DNA of 64,000 bases from Octopus vulgaris (Eukaryota): assembly GCA_951406725.2 (NCBI GenBank), contig OX597836.1, positions 31,992,001 to 32,056,000 of the forward strand. Reading direction: 5' to 3'. Numbering within the stretch: position 1 is the stretch's first letter; the number at the start of each line of letters is the position of its first letter. The translations under genes and the position numbers were made by a program. Shown one piece after another: positions 39,590-53,064 of the stretch. Under the pieces are notes generated by a model that made no database searches, was not told the origin of the DNA, and saw nothing but the letters and a program-made list of their open reading frames with translations.

Positions 39590-40400
39590 CAAGATGTCAT
39601 CATTATCATCATCATCATCAGCATCACCACCACCATCATCATCATTATCATTATCATCATTTAGTGTCCATTATCAAAGCTGGCATGGGTTGGATGGTTT
39701 GACTGGGCTGACACACTGGAAGGTTGTACTAGGATCTAGTCTAATTTGGCATGGTTTTCTACGGATGGATGCCCTTCTTAATAACAACCACTCTGAGAGT
39801 GTAATTGATGCTTTTATGTGCCACTGGCATGGGTGCCATTTGTGCAACACTGGTATCTGCCATGACTGTGATTATTCTTGGTGTGATGAGTCTCCTTCTC
39901 AAGCATAAGGTCAAAGGTCTTGGTTATTGCCTCCATGAGGCCCAACACTTGGAAGAAACTTGGCCACTTTGCCTCCATGAGGCCCAACACTCAAAAGCAA
40001 CTCAGCCATCTGACATTCATGAGGCCTGTTTGAAAGGAACTCAGCCACCTTGCCTCTGTGAGGCCCAACACTCGAAAGGAACTCAGTCACTTTGCCTCCA
40101 TGAAGCCCAATGCTCGAAAGGAACTCAGCCATCTTGCCTCAGTGAGGCCCATTCAGAATGAACTCAGCCACCTCCATCAGGCCCTACACCCAAAAGGTCC
40201 TCAGCCACTTTGCCTCTGTGAGGCCCAATGTTCAAAAGGAACTCAGCCACTTTGCCTCCATGAGGCCCAACGCTCAAAGGAACTCAGCCACTTTGCCTCC
40301 ATGAGACCCAATGCTTGAAATGAACTCAGCCATCTTGCCTCAGTGAGGCCCATTCAGAAGGTCCTCAGCCACTTTGCCTCTGTCAGGCCCGATGTTCAAG
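39590..40400 (-). mobile_element. RTE-tailed element with ~39-bp minisatellite (39925-40400)
   Basis: Unit AAGGAACTCAGCCACTTTGCCTCCATGAGGCCCAA repeated about 11-12 times. Confidence 0.85.
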
Positions 40401-40664
40401 GTTGATATTTTTTGTATATAACTATAATTATTTCACTACTTCAGCCAGTTCCCTGTTTTCTCTACTATTGATTGATGTATTTTATTAATATTTAGCCATA
40501 ATTTCAGGTGGAAAGTGGGCAAAATTGTAAGCATACTGCTTAGCATTTTGCCCTTCTTCTCATTCTGAGTTCAAATGCTACAGAGGCAAGGTTTACCTTT
40601 CATCCTTTTGGGGTCGATAAATTAAGTACCAGTTGCATACTGGGGTTTATGGACACCTCTTATC

Positions 40665-41273
40665 ACATACAAATTGGCTTATGAGCAATAGTTTGAACAT
40701 AAAACATTTCAGATGATGGATGGTGTCTTAAGTAACAAACACATAAGCCGGGTATAACAGTTGGTGATAAACTGGGAGCATCATTGGGAGTGCACCTGAT
40801 GCTTGAATTCATCATGCCGTCTCTTGAATTTCCTAATTTCCTATAGGGAAAAATAGTTTCAGTTGACAAACATTTTGGGTGATGAATAGCCTTCAAAGAA
40901 TTAATTAAATTCTTAAATGGAGGTTCCACTGTATATATGAACTTTTGGCAAACGGTGGGGGCCAGACATATATGAACTTTGGTTTATGAATGCATCTAAT
41001 GACAAACAAATCTATTTGCAAACAATTTGTCGAACATAAAACATCTGGGGAGATGAACGGTGTCTTGAGTAATGCATATGCAAGCCGGCAACAATGGTTG
41101 GCAACAAGCTGGGCATTTCAGGAGAAGAGTGTCAGTATTTGTCTAGCTTTCACTCAGTGCATATCCATGCTCAATTTTGCTGTGCTTTCTCATGAATAGT
41201 TTGGGCTTGTAAACATCTTGGATGACAAATGGTCTTCAGAAATCAATTAAATTCATGAACTGAGGTTCCACTA
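40665..41273. mobile_element. Two tandem diverged Tigger/pogo-type MITE ends
   Basis: Two homologous ~270-bp blocks, each ending GAGGTTCCACT(G/A)TA (TIR CAGTGGAACCTC + TA). Confidence 0.6.
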
Positions 41274-41839
41274 TATATTGAAGGTATTCATTAGTTTTAA
41301 GGTAGGGGTTGTATAAACTAGAGTTGAAGTCTAGAGTAATGTGTAAAATATTGAGCTCAAATTTGTGGGGAAGGTGGTAAGTCGATTACATCGACCCCAG
41401 TGTGCCACTGGTACTTCTTTTATTGACTCCAAAGGATGAATAGCAAAGTCAACCTCAGCGGAATTTGAACTCAGAATGTAAAGATGAATGAAATGCTAAG
41501 CATTTTTCCTGGCCTGTTAATGATTTTGACAGCTTGCCACCTTAAATAATATCTAAAATGTCGACTATTCTAATGCTATTTCCAAAGGAGATATAACAGT
41601 TAGATCCCGTCTGTTCCAAGAAGCTATAAAAATTTGTGTTGGTTGATATTTTATTTTGCTTTCATCTATACCTAAAAATTGTCTCAGTACTGCACCTGCT
41701 TGTTTAATATGCATAGTTATATCAAACAGTCATCGATTATTCGGAACAGCTGTAATTATATAGTTATGACTTGATTGTAACATGTAGGTTTCATATAGTT
41801 ACATTCCTTACGTCTGCTAACATTTGTCTGTATTTCAAC

Positions 41840-41902
<63 letters not shown>

Positions 41903-42075
41903 AGCACACACATACATGCATGCATATATGTATATACATACATACATATATATATTAAGTGCATTATAATGTAACCTAATATAAGAAAATTCATGCAAAA
42001 TCATGCAGAAAATACAGATATTAATATTAATGTAGCCACTAGTACCACTTTATAGATACATGAGTATATATAATC

Positions 42076-42379
<304 letters not shown>

Positions 42380-42899
42380 GTGCGTGCGTGCGTGCATGTG
42401 TTTGGGTATTGAAAGAAATGATTTGGAATTCCTGACTCATATTAATACTTAAGTGAAATATAATCAAAATATCTGAATTATTTATCAATACAGTGAGATT
42501 TGATAAATGTATTTTTGTCACCTCCTTTGTGCAAATTTGTTGCTATTTTTGTTAAAACAAGATGGAAATGATGTTTGCAAAATGCCTATTGCACATGAAG
42601 AAAAAGCAGGAAGTCATTATACAGCTGTTGTAGCTGTTATTAAACCAAATTCAATCTGTAACCCATCCCAATTTTTCTTAATTTTAAATTATTTCTCTTT
42701 ATTGACTGCAAAATAATGTAAATGAAGCAACTGAAATAAATTGAAGAATACTAAAAAGATAATAATATATTCCAGACTCTGATTCATTTTATGGAATTTT
42801 CTTTCTTCAAGATGGTGAGATTTTGTTTTGTTTTTAATCCAAATTTAGATTTTAAAATGTCTTTCTGTGGAAAAGGAAACTTTGATGCGATGTACACAC

Positions 42900-43210
42900 A
42901 AGATATTTAATGGAATCGCAGGCAGAGAAATGAAGAAAGTAAGCTTCATATGTGCCAGATGCATTGGAGCAGTACATACTATTGAGCACATAAGAAATAG
43001 AGTCTCTTAAATGCCTGAATGGGTCATAGACGTTGTCAATATTTTTTCTTACTTAGAAGACTAAATGAACAGAAGAGATGGTTGTTCTGGAAATATAATA
43101 CCCAGAGGTAGATGGAATAGGTAGACCCAGGAAGATATGGGATGAGGTGGTGAGGCATGATCTTTGAACGTTGGGCCTCATAGAAGTGATATTATCTTCC
43201 CATGAGGCAT
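42900..43210 (+). pseudogene. RTE LINE ORF C-terminal remnant
   Basis: GRPRKIWDEVVRHDL*TLGL motif at ~43120-43180. Confidence 0.6.
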
Positions 43211-43255
43211 GATGCAGAGGCCAGAAGCGTTTAGAGCCAGAGAGCAAAAAAGAAA

Positions 43256-43700
43256 ATGCTTAGAGATGAAGGTGACTATATCGAGAATAAATATTGGTGG
43301 AAATTAAAAATTAAAATAGCCATTAAGTTAAAACACAACTGGCCAGATATTGTTGTGGACATGAATATGGCCAGAAAAATACAGGTGAAAGAGGACATCT
43401 ATGGACCATTGATGAGGAGTTTGCAAATCCAGTACCCAAGATACACTTTCTGCTTCATACCTATCATTATTGAAGCAACAGGATACATACCGACCAATCT
43501 GGAGCAAAATATGGCTGAACTTGGGTTTTTGAGAAGAGAATGCAAATCCTTAATTCATATGCTACAAATAATCTGGGACTGTAAAAATAAGCGAGACCTT
43601 CTTAAGATTTAAAAGATTATGAACAAAATAGGATGCTTTCCTTCAAAAGCTAGCCACCAAGCAGGTAGCCAGTCGAAGTCTATTCCAAATTTCAAAGAAC
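43256..43700 (+). pseudogene. RLE-type (R4/NeSL-like) retrotransposon 3' fragment
   Basis: YWW...KLKHNWPDIVV...KEDIYGPL...FIPIIIEATGYIP. Confidence 0.7.
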
Positions 43701-44715
43701 GAGAACATACAAACACACACACACACACAATTATATATACTCATATATATATATGGTTGTTTATAGCACAATAGAAGCTGTGTAATGCTAGTGGTTGTGA
43801 TTGCGCTAAATTCCGTTACTGTTATGTCTTGTCAAATGTCAGAGTATTTAAAAGTATTGATTATTTATATAGGATCTGTTGGCTGTTGTTTCTTTTCCTT
43901 TGATTCTCTCCAACAAACAATTTACTCCACAAGGTTTTTCAGAATAAACGGAAAACAAATTTCTGTATTTTCATGCTGATGTAATATATTCTTGACTTAA
44001 AGAGGCCTTCCATGTTATTTCTGTATATATTTCATCCATCAACAACACAATCATGATATGCAAAAGAGAAATACAAAAATACAGAGAAATTGCTATTTGT
44101 TATAAAATCTATAAGCATGGAAAATTCCTTTGATCTAATAATTTATATAAATTCTTTGAATCACATCAATACTGTGTAGATGTCGATGCTATCAATAACT
44201 TTTTCACCAAATTCATTCCATGTCCAAGAAAAAGAAAAGCATTATAATTTGACTGATGTTTATTTTCGTGTGAGCATTCCTGTTCGGAGCTGTGAAGGTT
44301 TCTAACTAGCTGAACTTTTCAACATGTATCACTTCTCGGCAGTTAGATGCTGTTCTCTTTTTTTTACTTCACCTATGCTGGATAATAAATGCTTTCTACA
44401 AACAAAACACCAAGTACAACAACAACAACAACAACAAAAAATGAACAAAATGGAAGCTGAAGAATTATACGGTAAAGTTCACGAGTTTAGATAAGTCTGT
44501 GTGTTAAGAGATATACCGGAATCTAATACATCAGGACTGTCTAAGGTGGCAAGATGGCAGAATGGTGAATCTTGAAGCAGATAAAGCCGTAAATAATAGT
44601 GTGTAAATAATGGGTTCAAAAATGCTATAATTAATAGCTTTATCCGCTTTGAGATTTACCGTTCCAAAATCGAATTTATTTCACATTCTCGAAGATTTCT
44701 AAATTCTTATGATGT

Positions 44716-44789
<74 letters not shown>

Positions 44790-44964
44790 CGTATATTTGC
44801 CATTTAAATATGGCTAACCCCTAAGGGGGGATGCTACTGTAGTTTGTAGCCCCAGGAGGACACCTCCTCCAGCTGGCTTTAGACACACTTTCTGTGCCCT
44901 ATCAGTATTTGCAAAGGGAAGCCATGCTTCCCATCTTCAACTTATGATACACACGGACCTTACA

Positions 44965-45009
<45 letters not shown>

Positions 45010-45049
45010 ACATATGTATATATATATATGTATGCATATGTATATATAT

Positions 45050-45440
45050 ACTCTCTTTTACTTGTTTCAGTCATATGACTGCGACCATGCTGGAGCACCG
45101 CCTTTAGTCGAGCAACTCGACCCCGGGACTTATTCTTTGTAAGTCCAGTACTTATTCTATCGGTCTCTTTTGCCGAACCGCTAAGTGACGGGGACGTAAA
45201 CACACCAGCATAGGTTGTCAAGCAATGCTAGGGGGACAAACACAGACATACACACACACATACACACACACATATATATACATATATACGACAGGCTTCT
45301 TTCAGTTTCTGTCTACCAAATCCACTCACAAGGCATTGGTCGGCCCGGGGCTATAGTAGAAGACACTTGCCCAAGATGCCACGCAGTGGGACTGAACCCA
45401 GAACCATGTGGTTGGTTAGCAAGCTACTTACCACACAGCC
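45050..45440 (-). mobile_element. Young full-length SINE family A
   Basis: Close to family consensus with CpGs retained, inserted in (TA)n. Confidence 0.9.
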
Positions 45441-45441
45441 A

Positions 45442-45473
<32 letters not shown>

Positions 45474-45506
45474 TTTTTTTTTTTAAATGAAAAAAAAAAT
45501 GTATTC

Positions 45507-45557
<51 letters not shown>

Positions 45558-45569
45558 CATATTAGTTAA

Positions 45570-46252
45570 TAAATTGTATGGCATGCACCTGCTAGTTCAC
45601 TGGTAAAGTACATTCACTTTCTCAGTGTTTGTTAGGCATTTGATTAATGAGAGAGATGGAAGATGTAAGATATGAGAAAGTTTATTGACCACTACAATTG
45701 TTTCGATCCATCTAGCAATGATCTCTCACAAGTGGGATACTGAGCATCTGGTTTAGGTGTATCCATCAGTGTAGATGTGTCTCCTTGGGTGATTATAAGA
45801 TGTATCTCGTTAAAATGATGTCTGTTCAGCAATATTATCTTTTAGCAAAACTTTGAGTGTTATTTTTTCCATTTTTGTAGCACACTACCTTATAGCACCT
45901 CACTCCTGAGAACTGGATAGTGGCAGTAGTTATCAGTTCATAAATAGTATGGTATAGACCTGGTAGTTTACCGGTAAAGTACATTCACTTTCTCAGTGTT
46001 TGTTGGGTGTTTGATTAATGAGAAAGACGGAAGATAGAAGATATAAGAAAGTTAATCTCGTGGAACCAACGTTATTTTAACAAGATACATCTTGTAATCA
46101 CATGAGGAAACACATCTACACCGACTGATACATCTAAATCAGATGTTCAGAATCCCACCCATGACTGATCGATACTAGATGGATCGAATAATTCTAGTAA
46201 TCAATAAACTGTCTGGTATCTTCCATCTTCCTTCTCTCTCATTAATCAAATA
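45570..46252. mobile_element. Penelope-like pLTR fragments in direct + inverted arrangement
   Basis: ~45575-45683 is repeated at ~45945-46053. ~45638-45825 is inverted at ~46065-46252. Contains a decayed hammerhead at 45689-45735(-). Confidence 0.65.
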
Positions 46253-46739
46253 TATATATTTATGTATGTATGTATATATGGAGACATGTAGATTGGTGGT
46301 TGGGGTGTTGAACTCAGGATCCTAAGATTCGTGGATGAGGCAACACATTGCGTTCTTGAGCAAGGCACTTCCTTTCACATTACTCCAGTCCACTTAGCTG
46401 GGGTCACATCCAGTGGGGAGAATATGCATCATGGAAACCAAGAAACTGACCCTATGAGTCTATATAACTTGGGATGAACCCATATCCATTTTATAAATAC
46501 ACACACACACACACACACACATATATATGTATGTGAAGGTACATGGCTTAGCGGTTAAGGTGTTGTGCTCATGATTGTGAGACATTCTCTTGCAGTTGGC
46601 AATAATTTGGTTGATGTCTTTAGTCTTGGTCTTGCACAGCCTACATTCGTTGCCTGTCGATGTTTGCTTCCATTTAATATATACAGCTGAAGTTGTTTGT
46701 GTGTGTCAGGTTTGGTAGCCTTCAACTAACACTATCTCC

Positions 46740-47030
46740 TCCGAGACCCTGTGGCGCAAGTTGACCAAAATTGAGAGTATGATAGAAGAAGGCTTGCTCT
46801 TCATTCCGTAGAAGATAAAATTCAAATCGGACCATGTTAAGACCAAAAATTATTTACATCTAAAAGGTGCTTTTCTTCTATGAAAATCGCTTTTTTTTAC
46901 GATTTTTTTGACTGGTGGGTCACCATTTTTCGGTGTATTTCAACCAGAAAAATGTTCACTTAAAGAGAATAACAAGCTACATAAAGCAAAATTTTTACTT
47001 TTCAAAAATTCCATATATAGCAACGCCGGG

Positions 47031-47035
<5 letters not shown>
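46740..47035 (+). mobile_element. Possible Helentron/HINE-type fragment
   Basis: CpG-retaining block ending AGCAACGCCGGGCGATA (typical subterminal motif) and running into (TA)n. Confidence 0.4.
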
Positions 47036-47095
<60 letters not shown>

Positions 47096-47423
47096 ACGGG
47101 CTTCTTTCAGTTTCGGTCTACCAAATCCACTCACACAGGCTCGGGTTGGCCTGAGGCTATAATAGAAGAGACTTGCCCAAGGTGCCACACAGTGGGACTG
47201 AACCGGGAACCATGTGGTTGGTAAGCATGCTACTAACCACACAGCCACTCCTGCACCTATTAATTCAATGAAAAAAATGCTAAATAAAATCAAATTCACT
47301 TAAGCAAATTTCGCTTCTTGAAGAGTTCCTATGAAATGCATGCCAGTAACTGGAAAATAGGAAATGAAGAGCACGAGGGGGAGATGGATGAGGAATAAAT
47401 AGATGTAACAGATATTACATATG

Positions 47424-47456
<33 letters not shown>

Positions 47457-47502
47457 ATGATTATGTGCATGTGTGTGTGGTGGGGAATGTACTGGTAGAT
47501 AG

Positions 47503-47533
<31 letters not shown>

Positions 47534-47699
47534 CATATGGATATATATGTGTGCGTGTTTATGTGTGTGTGTAGAGGGAGTGTACTGATAGATATGCATA
47601 CATATATATATTTATGTGGATATATATATATATGTGTGTGAGTGTGTTTGTGTGTGTGTGAGTGTGTTTCTGTGTGTGTGTATGTATGCACATATATAT

Positions 47700-47764
<65 letters not shown>

Positions 47765-48044
47765 TCTTATCAAAGGGTAGGTGGATGAATAGGTAATAAA
47801 TATATGAATGGGTACAGAAATTTCATGAATGGAATGCAATTTAGTTACTTCTCAATAGAAACGATTTTGGGGGTTTTCTAGGCTTATGTTTTTTTTCGTT
47901 TTTTTTTTCTGTTGTTGAATCTCAATAGAGAGGCAAAGTAAAATGTCTTTAAAATGTCTTTGAATTATAAAAGAGATTAGAATGAATCAAGTAAAATATT
48001 GAAAAAAAAAAACACTGAACCAAAATTCAAACCGTTAGAATATA

Positions 48045-48600
48045 GTATTGAGGATAAATTCTGTGACATTTTCATGTTATGTAATGTGTGTGTGTACGTG
48101 TGTATGTATGTGTGTGTATGTATATGTATATGTGTGTACGTATGTATATGTGTACGTATGTATATGTGTGTACGTATGTATATGTATGTATATGTGTGCG
48201 TATATGTGTATTGAGGATAAGTTCTGTGAAATTTTCTTCTTATTTAGTGTGTGTGTGTACGTGTGTATGTATGTGTGTATGTGCATGTATGTGTATGTAT
48301 GTATATGTGCACTGAGGATAAATTCTGTAAAATTTTCTTGTTATGTAATGTATGTGTATGTGTATGTATGTGTATGTATATGTGTGTGTGTGTGTGTGTA
48401 TATGTGTATTGAGGATAAATTCTGTGAAATTTTCTTGTTATTTAGTGTGTGTGTATGTTTATATGTATGTGTGTATGTGTGTGTATGTATGTATGTATGT
48501 ATGTATGTGTATGTATGTGTATGTGTGTGTACGTGTATTCAGGATAAATTCTGTGAAATCTTCTTGTTATGTAGTGTGTGTGTGTGTGTGTACACGTATA
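48045..48600 (+). repeat. Five ~36-bp conserved modules separated by TG/TA microsatellite spacers
   Basis: GTATTGAGGATAAATTCTGTGAAATTTTCTTGTTAT at ~48045, 48208, 48309, 48406 and 48535. Confidence 0.9.
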
Positions 48601-50072
48601 TGTATGTGTGTATGTGTGTATGTATGTATATGTATGTGTATATCTGTGTGTATGCATGTATGTGTATGTGTGTGCATGTATGTATGTGTATGTATGTATG
48701 TATGTGTGCATGTGTGTGAATGTGTGTATGTTTGTGCCTGTATGTGTTTGCGTGAGTGCTTGTTAAAGTATGTCTTTTCATAGCTACCATTTGATCAGCA
48801 GTGCAACTGTCTAAGTCTTCCTTAAACAACATATCCTGTTGTCGTAGCCAGCTCAGTGGTTTTTCTTTTTAGTCGTTTGATGTGGAGACCAGGATGCCCT
48901 TCCTGCTGCCTGTACTTAATTGATAACCAAGTGAGGTTTGGTTGACAATAAGAAAGTGTGGAATTCGGCTGTAAAAGACTGCTTCAGTGAGTCTTCTCCT
49001 GCCCATGCAAGCATGGAGAAGGAAGCATAAAAAGGTATTGATGCTGATGGCGATGAGGACAACTACAATTAAGGTGATGATGATGGCAACGGCGACGATG
49101 TTGTTGACAATGGTGATGATGACGATGATAATGACGATGATAATGACGAGGATGGCGATGATGACAATGATGATGAAAACATCACGACAATGACAATGAT
49201 ATCAGTGACAGTGGTGATAATGATGACGACACTGCCACCACCACCTCCAAAACAATACCACCTCCCACAACATCACCACCTCCCACCTCACCCCACCTCC
49301 ACCTTCAACACCACTACCACCTCCAACATTAGACTGTGGCCATGCTGGGGCACCACTTTGTAGAATTTTGGTTGAACGAGTGAACCCCCATACTAAGAAA
49401 TTTTTTTATATCTGGTGGTTATTCTGTTGACATCTTTTGCCAAACCATTAAGTTACGGAGAAATAAACATGCCAACACTGGTTGTCAAGTGGTAGCAGGG
49501 GACAAACACAGACACAGACAGACACACACACACACACATACACACACATGATGGGCTTCTTTGCGTATGTGATGAGTTTCTTTCTATGCATATATGACAA
49601 GCTTCTTTCAGCCTCCCTCAAGGCCTTGATTAATCGAGGGCTGTAGTAGGAGACACTTGTCCAATGTGCCACACAGTGCGACTGAACCCGGAACCATGTG
49701 GTTGGGAAGCAAGCTTCTTACCACACAACCACACCTGTGCCTAACATTTTTCTTTTCTTTTGCTTCAAATGAGAGACCATAAGAAGTTTTGGCTACTATT
49801 TCTAGCAAGTTGAATGACTTATTTCCTCATTATAACTGATAGTCCACTTTGCTTCTTTTAGCAAAAATGACATGGGACATTGTTAGCTTTCTGGATATGG
49901 GGATATGGAGAAATGCTTATCGTTTATCCTCCTCTTCCTCATCAGTAGTAGCAGTGGCAGCAACAGCATTGTTATCATCTGCATCATCAGCATCTATTTT
50001 TTTCCATTCTTTTTCATCAATATTCTTGTCATTGTCATTAATACTGAGATTAAGAAAATTATAATAAAGATA

Positions 50073-50131
<59 letters not shown>

Positions 50132-50246
50132 AGTGATGATCCTTGTCATCATCATTTTCATCATCATCATCATCATCATCATTTAATGTCCATGTTCTGG
50201 GCTGGCATTGGTTGGATGGTTTGACCAAATCCATTGTGTCCAAAAA

Positions 50247-50277
<31 letters not shown>

Positions 50278-50759
50278 TTGATGATGGTGGTGAAGATAAT
50301 GACCATGACGATAGCGATGATGATGATGAACATCATCATCATCGTCGTCATCATTTTCATCATCATCACTTAATGTCTATGTTCTCTACTGGCATGGGTT
50401 AGATGGTTTGACAGAATCCACCGTGTCCAAAGACCAAATCGTCCTTCACCATTTACTTTGGTTTCTGCAGTTAAATTCCCTTCCTAATGCCAACCTCCTT
50501 ACCACATGTGTTAGATGCTTCTTTTTCATGGTGCCAGCACTAGTGGGGTCACCATGCAGCTTGCAAGACTGAGATCTTCAGCTACAGTAGAGAGGGATAT
50601 ACTGTTATGCTATGTGAGAAGGGGTTAAAATAAGAGAAAAAGGGTGGGGCCTGAATAGGACAAATTTCTTGCTGTAGAGGAGCAAGGGACCTTCACAGCT
50701 GCTTACATTATGAAAGAGAGTGATCTGGGTGGAACTGGGAAGAGATTAGAATAGTAATA

Positions 50760-51495
50760 ATGGTTTCAAATTTTGTCACGAGGGCAGCAATTTTGGGAGA
50801 GAGGATGAGTAAAATTACATCGACCCCAGTGTGTAACTGGTACTTATTTTATTGACCCTGAAAGGATGAAAGGTAAAGTTGACCTCGGTGGAATTTGAGC
50901 TTAGAACATACCAATGGGTGAAATACCACTAAGCATTTCGTCCAGCATGCTAATGATTCTGCCAGCTCATCGCCTTAAAAAAATAGTAAAAATGAAGTGT
51001 CAGGGTTACCCCTTAAGATTCAAGGTGAGTAGAAGTGAGTGGGGATAGGTGAACAGGAAATAAGTGTATGGGGAAGAAAGCGATGGGGAATGGGTGGGAA
51101 GATGAATATTGCTTTCAGATTTTGTCACACAAGGTTGGCAATATCAGGGGAGGGGATTAACCGATTACAATGACCTCAGTACTCAACTGGTTCTTATTTT
51201 TATCAACCCTGAAAGATAAAAGGCAAGGTTGACCTTGGCAGGATTTGAACTCAGAACGAAGAGACAGAGAAAATGCTGCTGAGCATTTTGTCTGGTGTGA
51301 TAATGATTGTACCAGCTCACCACGTTAATAATGGGTTTCAAATTTTGGCACCAGGCCAGCAAGTTTGGTGGAGCAGATAAGCCGATTACATCAAACCAAG
51401 TGCTCATGTACTTGTTTTTATTGACCCCAAAAGGACGAAAGGCAAAGTCGTCACTAAGCATTTTCCCCAGTGTTCTAACAACTTTGCCAGCTCAG
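50760..51495 (-). mobile_element. Three co-oriented SINE family B copies
   Basis: ~50760-50978, 51110-51325 and 51330-51495. Confidence 0.85.
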
Positions 51496-51967
51496 AAGAT
51501 GAATATTAGGAAGAATAACTATAGAGTTATAGAGAGATGACAAACAGGAGAAGGAGGGAAGAGTAGGTGACAACTGTAGAAATTGAGTGGAGTTGAATGG
51601 TGGTTGCTGTGGGAGGTATAATCAGTGATACATGTGTTGTGGGAAGGAGGAGTTGAAGAGACAAGTGACAATGCAGAGAAGGGGAGTGGGGTGGTGAAGT
51701 GTTGCAAAATAGTAATAGTAATAATAATGATACAGTCAATGGGGAAAAAACAGGGGGAAAAGATTTGTGCTCGGGTAGATTGTAAGAGCGTGGGGACAGA
51801 CCTGGGGAATGGGTAAGGGGGAGGAATATGATGGAGGAGCAGAGATAATTTTGTGGCTCAGAAGGGTGATCAATTGCCAGACATCCCGATCGTAATGCTG
51901 ATAATAACGAATCTCCAAATGATAATCATGATAACGAGTGAGATTATGAAAACAGTAATGACAAAAT

Positions 51968-52365
51968 AATGATGACGACAGGAAGGGTGGTGGCAGTGGT
52001 GGTGGTGGTGGTGCTGCTGATGTTGGTGCTGGTTGTAGTGGTGGTGGTGGTGGTGGTGGTGATGATGACGATGTTGATGATAATGATGATGATGATGATG
52101 ATGATGACGATGAGGATGATGACGATGAGGATGATGATGATGATGATGATGATGACAACGACAATGTTGATGATGATGATGATGATGGTGATGATAATGA
52201 TGATGATGATGATGATGATGATGATGGTGATGGTGGTGATGATGATGATGATGATGATGGTGATGGTGATGATGGGGTGGCAGTAGTGATGGTGGTGGTG
52301 GTGCTGCTGCTGATGCTGCCGTTGATGATGATGGTGATGTCAATGATGATGGAAACGATGATGTT
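51968..52365. repeat. (GAT)n/(GGT)n compound trinucleotide tract
   Basis: Direct inspection. Source of the poly-S/H/M ORFs. Confidence 0.95.
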
Positions 52366-53064
52366 GATTACTATAATTGACTTGTTAACCATTTGCTGAC
52401 TTACATTACAGCGATGAGAGATAAAAGTCATATGCTTGTCATGAAGCGGTTCTTTTAATTGCCCTCAGCAATGAGATGGTCAATCTACCCAATCATCGAG
52501 GGACGTTAGTGTTCAGCCAATGCCATCATAATCATCGTAATTGACAGCAGTGAGCAGGCAGAATCATTAGAACATGAAACAAAACATCTTGTGATAGTTC
52601 TTCCATTCTTTATGGTCTGAGTTCAAACCCTGCCATGGTCAACGTTGCTTTTCATTCTTTTGGGACCAAAATAATGAAAATAAAGTGTCAGTTGAATACT
52701 GGGGTTCATATCAGCTTACCCCTTCCCTTAAAGCTGCTGGTTAATTATCTTTCAATCGTTATTCCATTCTGAGAGTAAATTCAACTGAGGTCAGCTTTGC
52801 CTTTCATCCTACCAGGGTTGATAAAATACAATACCAGCCAAGTAATAAGGTTGATTTGATTTACTAACCCATCTATCCAATTTCAGTCCATGAGCCTAAT
52901 TTAAAAATTATTGTTATCATTGACACTGGGATACAAATATATGAATTTTAGTATACCCATTATGACTACCCATGTTTCCAGAATTGAATTATTCAAACCC
53001 CAAGGAATTCCTCTCAACACATGGCTATGATGCTCCCCCATTATTATTATTATTGTTATTATCA

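Noticed and set aside
48045-48600. CRISPR array
   Set aside because: Spacers are microsatellites of irregular length, there are no cas genes and the context is eukaryotic.
51736-52431. 231-aa Ser/Pro-rich and poly-His ORFs
   Set aside because: They derive from a (GAT)/(GGT) tract open in several frames on both strands.
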